A DNA stretch of 60,140 bases, counting the filler, from Catajapyx aquilonaris (taxonomy: Eukaryota), in the NCBI GenBank assembly GCA_000934665.2. It is 2 parts of 2 records of this genome, joined end to end, with 100 filler letters (N's around TTAATTAATTAA, not from the genome) between each part and the next. Parts side by side here need not be neighbours in the genome. Positions count along the whole stretch, not along the records: positions 1 to 29,967 come from JYFJ02004711.1; 1 more part is not named here. One strand, given 5' to 3'. Positions 10,397-22,080 of the stretch are shown one piece after another. Each line of letters begins with the position of its first letter. The stretch's first letter is position 1. The notes below the pieces were generated by a model. That model was not told the DNA's origin, searched no databases, and saw nothing but the letters and a program-made list of their open reading frames with translations. Position numbers and translations under genes: made by a program.

Positions 10397-11941
10397 GTCG
10401 CAACACGTTTATTTTCCCGCGGGGTTCGTTGTAACGAGATTTTACTGTACCCTATTGGTAAATACATAGCAAAGATTCCTTAAAATAATTATATACGTAT
10501 AAAGGTTTGTGACCTTATAAACGTATTATAAAGGGAAGTGGCCGGCAAGTTAGGCTTGGTCCGAGCGACCCACTGATTTGTACACATCACATGGAACTAA
10601 ACACTAAATATTTCGCAACTGTTCCAACACCCTGTATGACGGCTCAGGTTTACGTTGCCCAATCGGGACGAAAAAATACTGTCGAAACCGCAGAATTCCA
10701 GTTCCCAGTAATGGGACCACGAAATGGCCGGAATCTGAGAAGCCAATCGAAGGAAAGCTAGGGTCTCTCCTGGCCATTTAAGCCAATTCGTACTGATTAT
10801 GTGGCGAGGGACGCAGAAGCTGAATCATGTGCACCAGAGGAATTCTGCTGAAAGACATTAGAGAAGCAGGAAGAGACTCTGACGTCAGAAACGTGGCACC
10901 CATGCCACTACCGCCAAACACGATAAGTGGACCAATTTGATTTCGACACTCCCTTGATCCTCGCCTTCTTATTGCATTTATTCTCATCTCCTATACCCTC
11001 TCGCCTTACCTTTCCACATCTTCAGCACTCACATTTCTAATAGTCAAGGACATTTCAATGGGGGGGGGGGGGTTGGAACATCTGAATGACCTGAGGTCGT
11101 TGCCACAGATCGTGTTACCAAAGACTGACCCTTTGTCATTGAAACCCAGATGAAAAATGTGGGAAAGTCAGATTCTCTGGGCATCCGTGGTTATATGACA
11201 CCGATGACACCAGACACGAGGCAATATGGTGGGGGCAATGCTCTGAAGGACAGGTTATATTTCGTGGAATTTACTTGCATTATATACCGACATTTCTGGG
11301 TTTACACATTATTACATTTGTCCAAATATTTTACTAAAAACGGACTGGGAATCTATAATATTAAAATGCTTGCGGTGTTTGTATAAGCCCTCTGATCGGT
11401 CAGCCGCCCATTGTTGTGACCACCACGTTCTGATTGGTCCCCGTTCATTATTACAAAAACGCATTGTTACCATGACGCCTCCAATTGGCCCCGTTCCGAC
11501 TTCCGAGCATGCGCAATGGGTGGAAGAACGCCACAGTCGCTTGCTGGACGTCAACGAGGACACGTCTCTTCTCCCGCGAAGACCCCTCTACCCTTCCACC
11601 TTCCTCCTCCCGCACGTCTTCACGGTGACCTCACAACAATAAGGGAGGGGGAGAGGTGGGGGAAATGGAACGTGCCGTAAACAAACCGTACCGAACATTG
11701 GCCAAGGTCGGAATCTGTTATTTATCAGTGGTGCCAACCCCATGGACATTAATTTATGAACAAAGTAAAATAATTTCAGTTTTTTTAAACGAGGTCCTTA
11801 CCGAGTTACTGGCATCCCCGTGGGAAGAGTTGGTAAGCAGGATTAGCCGCGATATTCAACACTGAGCCCGGGGATAGGCCGAGAACATCAAAAGAAAGTG
11901 ACGGGAATAATGAAACCAGTTTTTGATCATCTAATATAATA

Positions 11942-12223
11942 CAGTGGTTCCCAACCTTTTTCGGGCCACAACCCCCTTTTGTGAGACTCAGCCCTATGAC
12001 ACTCCTTGAATACGGTATAGTGTAATAACTGTGTCGTACCGTGCAACTCCTGTGGTAGGTAGCGGATAGTCTGCCGCGATTGGCCGTCGTGATAAAATTT
12101 CCTGTAAAATTTATTTTATTATTATTTTTAAATTTATTAAAATAATCGTGGCCACCCTCGACACCCCCCCCCCCCCCCNCCCCCCCCCAGAAGGCTTCGA
12201 GACCCCCAGGTTGGGAACCACTT
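11942..12223. mobile_element. hAT-superfamily MITE
   Basis: TIRs CAGTGGTTCCCAACCT / AGGTTGGGAACCACTT, flanked by an 8-bp TSD ATATAATA (11934-11941, 12224-12231). Confidence 0.85.
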
Positions 12224-12616
12224 ATATAATACAGACACTGCCAAGTTCCATTGGCTGTTTATAGTAAAGGGAAGTTGTGAGCAGTTAGAAAAACGTGGTC
12301 GGAAAGTGTGCATATGATTTAGATACATGTGCGAGTGCATGCGAATAGAGGCGGTAGAGGTTGTGAATTTCTGTTCATACAATAATAATATATTTTTTTT
12401 AAATTGCAAAGGTATGGGTATGTTGAGGTGGGCAAATGCATATTTCCCAGCCAATGCAAAGGTGGGTTTCCAGATTGGTCGCAGGGTATAGGGAATCACA
12501 GATATGTGAATGCACGGAGGAATGGGTGGGCGTGGGGGGTGTGAATATGATTGGCATCATCACTGGCAATAAGTCCGAAGCGATTGAAAATATGGTGGAC
12601 GCTGTAGGCCGCAGGC

Positions 12617-12694
12617 CTAGAAAAAAGCGAGCGAAGCGAGTGTTTTCTACGCCTGCGCCCTAGGAAAACCCTCGCTCCGCTCGCATTTTCCTAG
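12617..12694. repeat. Imperfect hairpin
   Basis: ctagaaaaaagcgagcgaagcgagtgttttcta pairs with taggaaaaccctcgctccgctcgcattttcctag. Confidence 0.75.
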
Positions 12695-13471
12695 CAAATA
12701 TTTTTAAAATGCAAAATGTAGGTGACTAATCTGATGGCAGATATGAATGAATGAAGCTTAATAAACGGGTCCAGAGATGAGACCAGAAGGGTGAAAGAAC
12801 TTCAGTATTGAGTTACAACAAAACCATAACTTCCACCCATTCTGAAATAACATCACACGGTCGCTTCCTGGACTTGACGTCAAACATGTAGAGCTAAGAA
12901 ATGAGGAATTTCCGACTGCAAATAGGATTGAGTGGGTCGGGAGTCGTCGTCTCTGTAGCCTGAGGCTACTTCCAATTGAAACAATTTGTAGCAGGATGGC
13001 CAACACGAGATTAAATAAACTGATTGTCTCTGACCTTCTAAACACCCACCGGTTTCTGCATTCGCGTCACTGGAATAGCATGGTATCCATGCTATGACCG
13101 AGGGCTAATCAAGTTCACTGAGGCTTGCAAGTCGCATTGGGCCTGGCGCGTCGCCTCTGTATGCCAAAAATCCAAGCACATCATGCAAACAGCAAAACAA
13201 GCTGGCGAAAAACAAGCCTGATGAAACCCTCTCAACCATCGTATTGTTGTTTGTGTTAGGTCAGAGGTCGTTGAACACTGCCTATTCAGCACCTGCTAAA
13301 TGGGTTGGACGCAATTCATTTTGAAAAACATGCTACGTGGTAATGATTTCACAGCTAAAATGTTTGGAAGATTTAATACTGATTATAATGGACGGTGCTA
13401 GGTAATAATATAAAATGACTTTTGGGGTCAAAAGTGAACCTGAAATTCATTGAAAAAGACTAAATATGGCT

Positions 13472-13477
<6 letters not shown>

Positions 13478-13557
<80 letters not shown>

Positions 13558-13811
13558 TAATACCCCGTTATCAGCCGGCGGCTCTTTAGGGGGGAAGTTT
13601 ATATATTGACTGGAACTCTTCGTTTCGTTTTTACTGCGCTTTTATGGGAAAGGATAGGAAAGGAAGGAGGCGGCTGTGGCCTATTAGTTTAGGAAGCAAC
13701 TCCGGAATTCTCCTGGAGGAACCGTGGAAAACCACAGTAAACCACGGTTAGAGTTGCCACCTCCCGATTAGCAGTCGGATACCATATCCCCTCCGCCACC
13801 ACTGCTTCGGT
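13478..13811 (-). mobile_element. SINE family A, copy 2 (B-box deleted)
   Basis: Same body as copy 1 with an (AAT)n tail. A ~22-bp internal deletion removes the B box. TSD aaatatggcttatata at 13462-13477 and 13813-13828. Confidence 0.9.
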
Positions 13812-15059
13812 GAAATATGGCTTATATAAATTTGTGAAAGAAAGTGGACTACTGTGGGTAAAAAATTAAGTTGTAATGTACGAGTTGAATAAAACTTGGG
13901 TATATTGGAAAAACGCAAAAATAAAGCCAACAAATGTTATTGATGCTTGTAACTAAAGTTCCATTAATACTGATGAGTTATGTATAATATGCAGAATATT
14001 ATTTGCTATGACACGACTCAAACATATTGCGGCATGAAACATAATATTATTTTGTACGTCAATTCCAATGACAAGGCACAATCACCTCTCGTATTCTATT
14101 AACTCCAATTTTTTCACAACAATGGCCCTTCGCATAGAGATTCCCACATAAGCTATGGCTGGGAAAATATGTCAAAATCGAAGAGAGGCTATAATCCTGT
14201 ACTGAATAACCAAATGGCGACATTCCTTTTAGGCTACCTGATATATGGCTATAGTCTACTATTTCTGTAAAGTTATATTTACATCACCATTGTTGCGATT
14301 GCTGAGAAAGTTACAATAACAATGGTAACAAAGGTGGTGTCATTTGGAACTTATAAAAATGGGAGTATAGACTGGAAAAAAGTTCAGTTACAATAATTTA
14401 CTTCCCTTATGTTGGCATTTTTTCGTTCCCATGACTAAATAGGCTTGTGGAAATACTATATTGTATAGCTGAACTACTATAACTAAACAAACGCCGGGCA
14501 GTCAAATATTCACATTCTGTGTTAACCTATAGAATGAGTGGAAGTGTTACAGTATAGCGATCCTAGCACTTTAAATGTAGAGTATGCTTCTATCACGACG
14601 ATAACAGAGGCAAAGTGTTATGTCGATAAATAATATCATCATCTAATAATTATATCAATACAGTCTACTGAATATCTGTATTATTTTGAATCGTAGTGAC
14701 AACCTTAATTTAGAGCGTCGATACAGTCTTGCACTATTATGTTACTATTTCACTATCTATACCAGTGTTGCTCCTACAAGTATAAGGGGCAGTTACCCAG
14801 TACAATATTAAAGCGGAACAATATTATTGTAACAATACAATGTCACAATGTTTTAGCCTAAATACTGTACAAATTAAGAGAACAAACAATAGTCTAATAA
14901 TATACATGCCTTATTTGCGGTATAGACGTGACAAAAAATTGGCTACTCGGGATCAGGACTGCATGAAACCAGGATAAGAACGCATACAAGGGCACGGTCG
15001 TAAAATGGCAGTGAGACAACATAATAAACAATATGTGTCAGGTCATTACTCTCACTATA

Positions 15060-15621
15060 CAGGGTGTAAATGAATTCAACCGACAAACTTCTAGGGGTGA
15101 TAGAGGAGACCAAGACAAACATTTTTGACATAGGAAACCGTGTCCGGAAACGCCATCTAGAAGGGGTTCATAGACAAGGAACGGGTGCGCTCAGACGCGT
15201 CAGGCGGGAGGCGCTAGGAGAGCGGACTGTTTTGTTGATAGATGGCGCGCAGTTGTTGCCAGGGTAAGGCGTATCGCGTCGTTGTAAGTAAACAACAACA
15301 CGATACGCCATAACCTGGCAACAACAAATCCGCTGTTGACTATCCGCGCGTCTCCTAGGAGGAGGACTTTAGTTGCTAGATGGCTCTGCTGTTGCCAGGT
15401 TATGGCACATCGCATCGTTGGTTACTATCCGAGCGCCATCTATCAACAAAACAGTCCGCTCGACTTGCGCCTCTCGCGTGACGCGTCTGAGTGCACCCGT
15501 TCCTCGTCTATGAACCCCCTCTAGGTGGCGTTTCCGGACACGGTTTCCTATGTCAAAAATGTTTGTCTTGGTCCCCTCTATCACCCCTAGAAGTTTGTCG
15601 GTTGAATTCATTTACACCCTG
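15060..15621. mobile_element. Tc1/mariner-type MITE with ~190-bp TIRs
   Basis: TA|CAGGGTGTAAATGAATTCAACCGAC...GTCGGTTGAATTCATTTACACCCTG|TA. The mirror-image ORFs 15070..15267(+) and 15369..15611(-) come from the TIRs. Confidence 0.9.
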
Positions 15622-15991
15622 TAGTATTGTATATACTACATAATTAATAATACTATTTGTATAGATGGACCAATCTTTCCACTAAATGCATTTAGTTCCT
15701 TGACTAAATAGGCTACAGTACAATAGTCGGTCACATATGGGAAATGGACATTTAGTTGGTATTAATTTTTTAAAATCTCCTTTTAGCCTACCGGTACATC
15801 CCTTTTCTTTATAATGTATATCATTAATTAATTAATATATAATGAATTCACGGTAATTTCCAATTTTGCTATTTATTCTCCTTATTGTTTAATTAACGTT
15901 ATAATAATTTCCTGTACTTTATCCTTGTATTACCATTAGCTTTTTATCTCTGACAGTGAGACATTTATATACTATAATATGTGCAATAATA

Positions 15992-16715
15992 CAGGGTCAT
16001 CGAAAAAGAATGTCCCTATATTAAAACCCTATAACTCGAAAACTTGCAGACATATCTTAATGATTTACGTTTTGAAATGCTGAGAAATGTCTAAAGTATT
16101 GGTCTCGCCTTAGTGTGTTTCGATATGAGCTTCAGTTTTGGTTCAGCAAATAAAAAAGACGGTATTCGGTCTCGAGCCAAACCCGCTCAATGATATCTGG
16201 AGATACCGTTGTGATCCTATCCCGTAGGTGCTGGTGATGATGGGTCTTTACACCACACATATTGTTATTAATGATGCCCATAAAAAGTCGCCCCATGCAT
16301 GAATAATCCTGCCGTAGGCTAGGAAAGTTTCATTTGTTCAACCCCCCCAGTGTGCGAAGTCTTGAATGAAAAGTTTCCCCATGCATAGGACCCCCAGCAG
16401 CCCAGATCTGACCCCAATTGACTTTTTTTTGTGGAGACGCATGTATAGTGAAAAGATCCGGCATCTCCCGAACCTATAGGATAGAATCACAATGGTGACT
16501 TAATACATGTCTGATTGGGTTAGGCAAGAACCGATTACCGTATTTACATTTTTCGAGCGACAAATGGAGTTCATATCGAAACAAACTTAGGTGAGACCAA
16601 AACTTAAGACATTTCTGAGCATTTGAAAACTTAAATCAAGATACGGTATGTCTGCAAGTTTTCGAGTTATACCGGTATGGTTTTAAAATTGGGACATTCT
16701 TTTTCGATGACCCTG
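15992..16715. mobile_element. Non-autonomous Tc1/mariner foldback element with transposase C-terminal remnants
   Basis: TIR CAGGGTCATCGAAAAAGAATGTCCC at both ends (left flank TA), with long subterminal inverted similarity. Internally LNEKFP..PPSSPDLTPIDFFLW (16362-16433) matches the Tc1/mariner SPDL motif region. Confidence 0.85.
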
Positions 16716-16783
16716 GATATACACATGTATATAGCCTACAGCTTCCTGACAGCAACTAAACTTTTTCAGTGATTGGTCATAAT

Positions 16784-17824
16784 TAGAGTCCGGATTTTTG
16801 GGCACGAAAAAACCCCGAAATAGGGACGAAAAAAAACTCAAATAGGCACGAAGAGTTTACTTTTTGGGGCATATGGAGGATAATGTTACAGAAAATAAAA
16901 AAAGCCAGAATAAATTTATAGGCCTAAAGTATAAATATAAGGTCGCAAACGAGCAGAAATCCAATAACAACGATAAACTGACAGGAAATCATGAAACTTG
17001 GGCAAAAGACACAAGTGCAAGCAAGTATCCCTTAATATAATAATAATATAATATCTTACCCCGTTATCAGCCTTTTTCGGCTTTTTAGGGGGGGATTTTT
17101 GATTTGTCTGGAACTCTTGCTTACATGTTTACTTTTTGCTTTTTGGGATAGGATAGGGAAGGAATGAGGCGGCTGTGGCCTTTTAAACTAGGAAGCAACC
17201 CCGGAATTCTCCTGGAGGGACCGTGGGAAACCACAGAAAACCACGGTTAAAGTTGCCGGCCCCGGGGCTCGAACCCAGGACCTCCCGATTAGCCTATAGC
17301 CACTCCGCCAAACTGCTTCGGTTGCAAGCAAGTATCACTTGCTCTGGACTCTACCGCTTATAGCCAGTTTCCACTTGCCCCAGTCTTGCACAATATGTTG
17401 CCAAATATTTCTCCAATCAGCCCGTGGAAAATTTAGAAAAATATTTGGCATATCGTGGCATACGTGTCACGGAAACATGATTTGTGTTACTTCTGAACGA
17501 TTTTGGTCCTTTCAGGAGCACAAAAAATTTTCCTCAAAAAACCAAATATTCCTCTGAAGGAATAGGCCCGGAATAGGCCCGGAATAGGCCCAAAAAGTCC
17601 CGAAATTACTGCAAAAATTTCAAAAACTATCCCAAAAAACATGAAAGTCACAAAAAGGCAGAATAGGCCAAATAGTTCATAAAACCATGAAATAGGCCAT
17701 TTTAGGCACTATAAAACCTACATTTTCCACATCCTGCACTTATGAAACGGATAGATCTCTTTACAAAACGATATCAACGGTTAAGGAACTATAAATAGGC
17801 ATTTGCCTAAAAATCCTGACTCTA
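16784..17824. mobile_element. Non-autonomous hAT-like DNA transposon carrying a nested SINE
   Basis: TIRs TAGAGTCCGGATTTTTGGGCA / TGCCTAAAAATCCTGACTCTA. 8-bp TSD GTCATAAT (16776-16783, 17825-17832). Many subterminal AATAGG(C) repeats. Confidence 0.85.
17034..17322 (-). mobile_element. SINE family A, copy 3 (nested in the hAT element)
   Basis: Same body with B box retained (ggggctcgaacccagg on +) and a short (TAA)n tail. 18-bp TSD tgcaagcaagtatc(c/a)ctt at 17016-17033 and 17323-17340. Confidence 0.9.
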
Positions 17825-20800
17825 GTCATAATACAAGTAGAAATCAGTACCTCTGGGAGAAAGGCCCGATGACGAATATTGTCACAAATTCAGGAAACGT
17901 TCATAAAAATGGCTACATATCTTTAAAGTTGCGCTCTTTAAGTATAATACTGTATCTTATAGGTCATATTTGGTGCCTCTCACTCTAAGCACAAAATGAC
18001 AATATGAAGCAACAGTCATTAGAGAAAACATGCACTGCATAGATTTAACGGCCTCAGTGTTGTTGGCAAGGAAATCGCCCCATAAGCAGCAACACGAGAA
18101 AAAACAAAATGAAGATGCTTTGTCAGTGTGACAACACCGCTTCGTCCCCAGCTTATCAAACTGATACGGTAACCTATAAACAAAAATCCCCTTGACCTTC
18201 AAGAAAAAAAAAAAAACATAACTAATACGACAACCTCCAGAAGGACTCACATCCCAAATTCACTCACAATTAATAATGTTGAAAGTAACCCTTAGGACTA
18301 TCGCTAGTCCGTTGCAACTAGGACTATTGCCTCACCCACCACCACTCCTCCCTAAATTCGGAAGCATCATGCCTGGCTGGGTTATCTACTAAAGGGCCCC
18401 CTGACTATACTCAGCCCCACCCTTCCTTTTTCTCCTGCAGCTTGATATAAGGTGAGAAAGAGCTCAGTCAGTCCAGATTGCAGCCACCAAAGGCCCGCAA
18501 AACCTCTCAAAGCATTTCACAGATGATGACCTCGACCCGGGGGAGGGGGGGGGGAATTAACCTGGCGAATGGAATATTTTCTGGGCCTACATTTGCCTTT
18601 GATTACGACTTTCATCCAGTCAATGACAATGAGCTGATTGGTTTTGACGTCCTGATTGAAAAAAAAAGCTGAAGCTTGTAGTCGGGTAATAAGAAAAGTT
18701 AAATATTTGTACGGCTGATAAAGTACATATAGGGAGGGTGGGAGGAACTATAAAGCTGAAAGTAAGTTGAGTGGGGAAATTTGGACGAAGTTATTTTCCT
18801 CATCAAAAATGCTGCGTCACTTTCGAGATAAAACGAATCGGCGGATGTGACCCGTTACACTCTGGCGTCATATGGATATGAGCTTGAAATCCGATCAAGG
18901 TGAACTTTTGAGATAATTCGGATTGTGGCCTTCACCTCGACTTATTTTCAAGACTTTTTTTTTTGCCTCAACAGTGCACTACTTTGATAATGATGTACTG
19001 TACTGTAACATATTATATTAATTGGATAGTGCAGGGCGATTTTTCCAAATTATGTCACGTTTGTTGTTATTGAATGAAAACAATGATGTCATTTGGAGAA
19101 AAAAAATATCACTGTACTAGATAAAGGTCTGATCTTTACAAATAGGACGACCACATAGTTCCTGTTTTTTCCAGGTTGCACTAATATGATGGTGGTGGGC
19201 TTGGTTTGAGAATAACAGGATACATTAACTGTAAAGCCATAAAGTGCACTGCGGTTGCTCTAAAAAAAAATCTGGAAAATCCTTTCGACCTATTAAAAAC
19301 GGCAACCTGGCAAAATGGAAATATGGAAATCTTCACACTTCTGGATTCGAATAACACTGAAGTCTTGTGCGCTTTTCCTCTTCCTTACATTTTTCGGCAG
19401 CACTGGCTTTCAATAAGATCTGTAATGATTCAATATTAAAAGAGGAATATGAAAATCCTCGCAATATTAAAAAAGCTCACTTCCAATTTTTTTTTGCGAT
19501 ATATTTGCAATCCCTCACCACAGTGAACCTGACATAAAACCTGCGAGTGCTATTATTTCCAGAGAAAAGATAGGCCTCATACCTGATGGATATTGTCCCA
19601 AATTTAATAACGCTACTTTACTGATACAAAAGCTCAACAGTAAACCCAGTTAAGGCTATTCATCAATGTGCAGTACTCTATTCAGTTTCCCCGAAAAATA
19701 CGCCCATCGATGAATACCACATATCTCATTGTGTATGAAAGAATGAAGCCTTTAATCCCCACGGCTTAAATTGATTGCCAATAAAAACGTAGGACAAGGA
19801 GGGGGACAAAGTGCTACGTCATGGTCACAAAGATTCGATCCAGAAACATTGCAGCATCTAACCTCACCTGATGATATATTAATCGAATTGAAAATTATTT
19901 TTGCCGGCGCTTCAAATGTAATTACCAGAGATTATCAGTCAGAAATCGCATTACCGGCCAAGACAACATGGCGCGACTTTTGCAGAGTTAAAAAAAAAAA
20001 GTCGATTCAATTGCCTGCTGGCAACTCGAAAAGTCTATCCGACTACTTTGTTATATATTTTTTATTTATTTTTTAAATTGTGTATTTGGTACCTGTATCG
20101 CACACATAAAAATATCGCCGTGTAATTTCATCATTAGGTCTGAGAACTGAGAAGTGATGTGGAGAGCCATCTGTGGAGAGCTGACTGCATGACATGAGCA
20201 GAGTAATTTGATTACAGGGTGTTTAATTTAGTGCGGCCTTAATGCCGTCACGGGTGCCACTGAGACTACACGACTTGATTATCGGATCTTAACTTATCTA
20301 GGTGCGAGAGAGGTGGGTCATAAATTCACTGGACATGAATTATGTACACTATTGGAAAAAAATAGGGTTGTGGCCCAGCAAGCAACGACAATGCGGGCGT
20401 AGGTGGAAACATGGGCGAACGCTCGAGTTTATTCATGGCACACTTCCACCTACGCCCGCTGGCCGCGTGGCGCTGCTTGCATGCCCCCCCCCCCTCCCCG
20501 CCAAGTTAGTGTACAGTCAAGGCGATCTCGGGAACGTGCTCGGGAAACTCAACAAAAAATTTAGGGGAAAATCAATTCTGTAGCATCGAAACATGCACCG
20601 AAATGCTTGTGGTCAGTTCCATATTGCCTACGATTGTCGCAAGACATATTAGCCAGTTCAATCAGACGTGACATTTCTGTTTCAGCAATAGAGAGTACCG
20701 TACACAGTCTGTCAACTCTATGTTTTGCACAATATATTTTTAATTTGCTAATCAAGGCATGCAAAATTAGAGATAAGTGTAGCAAACATTGATTTTTGAA

Positions 20801-21662
20801 ATAGACTGGGTATAATGAGTGTTCTAATTATTGAGGTGTCCCTTTTTTCGCCATAATTTGCATATCTTTAAGCGGTTACTTTGTAACAGTTACCGTACTT
20901 TTAGAGATTAACAGAAATAGTTGTATTAGGTTCATGTTTAAATTATCCAACCATATTTTATTTACAAGACCTGGTTGCACATTAATGTTACAAACACTCC
21001 GCCTTGTGGAATAAAGTGGCGAAGTTACAAGTACAAAATCGCACATATTAAAGATTGAGTTTGTTATAACTTACATATGATTTAAATATTGCTGGTCGTC
21101 ATGCTTCCTGTAGCCTACAATGTTAGGTTAACAATCTTATCCAAAGAAGGTGTCGTTGATGGGTAATATCCAGTCTACATAATCATACCTAATTATGTCT
21201 AAATATCGGGATTCACTATTCAAGCAATACGTGATACCATGAAATGTTCTTATAAAGCTAGATATTGGGCAATGTTCCGCCTGTTCAGTTTTTAATAGTG
21301 TGACGTCGAGGGATTCAGTTATTCTTATTCCTAATATAAAATATCCCCATTTCTGTAACCATAATTAGTCCCATCATGGTGCCTGCATGGAAGAAAAATG
21401 CGAATTGCTGTAGTAAAAAAATGTCATACTAGTGGTTTAGTCCATAGACAATCCTGTCTCCTATATAGCTGTCTCGATTGGTCGATTGTCGACACAATAA
21501 TTAAATATTTTTGCTCCTCCGATTAAATACAAGAAGTACCTGTTTTATGCCATTTATTGGTTCCAGCAAAACGCGGCGTAAAGTGAATCGGCGTAAAGCG
21601 AGACAAAATTATAATGTATAAGTACAAAAAATTTCCATGAGCAGTACTAATATTGCCCTTTT

Positions 21663-21996
21663 GGGGGAGGCACGGTGGCCGAGATGGTAACGTCTCGGCT
21701 TGCTATGCGAAAGGTCCCGGGTTCAAATCCCCGCCCGGGAGTAAAACCTTTCGCTTGCGTCAATGGGTCGTGACCCGCGCCTAAGGAGGCGTCTTGGCAA
21801 CCTGACCTCCTGGGGGACTGCACCTGGCCCACCGCTGGACAATGCACCTGCACATGTGTCCCCTCCCCAAACCCCCAACCCTTACCCAATTTCCTAGTAT
21901 TCCTTGCACCGGTGACCGAAGAAAAAATTAATTAGAAAACTGTATGGTGGTCTGCCACCCCCCTATAACAACCAAGAGGCTGTATCACGGGGTAAA

Positions 21997-22073
<77 letters not shown>
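21663..22073 (+). mobile_element. tRNA(Ala-like)-derived SINE, family B, with (TA)n tail
   Basis: A box TGGCCGAGATGG and B box GGTTCAAATCC. (TA)n at ~21999-22073. 15-bp TSD taatattgccctttt at 21648-21662 and 22074-22088. The Ala-like assignment is from memory of tRNA-Ala sequence. Confidence 0.9.

Positions 22074-22080
<7 letters not shown>

Noticed and set aside
12163..12188. Long C/G homopolymers containing single Ns (also ~1415, 44913, 46372, 51448, 52860) as G-quadruplex elements
   Set aside because: The Ns show these runs are poorly resolved by sequencing, so length and structure cannot be trusted.
15070..15611. Duplicated convergent ORFs MNSTDKLLGVI...
   Set aside because: They are a by-product of the MITE's long TIRs.
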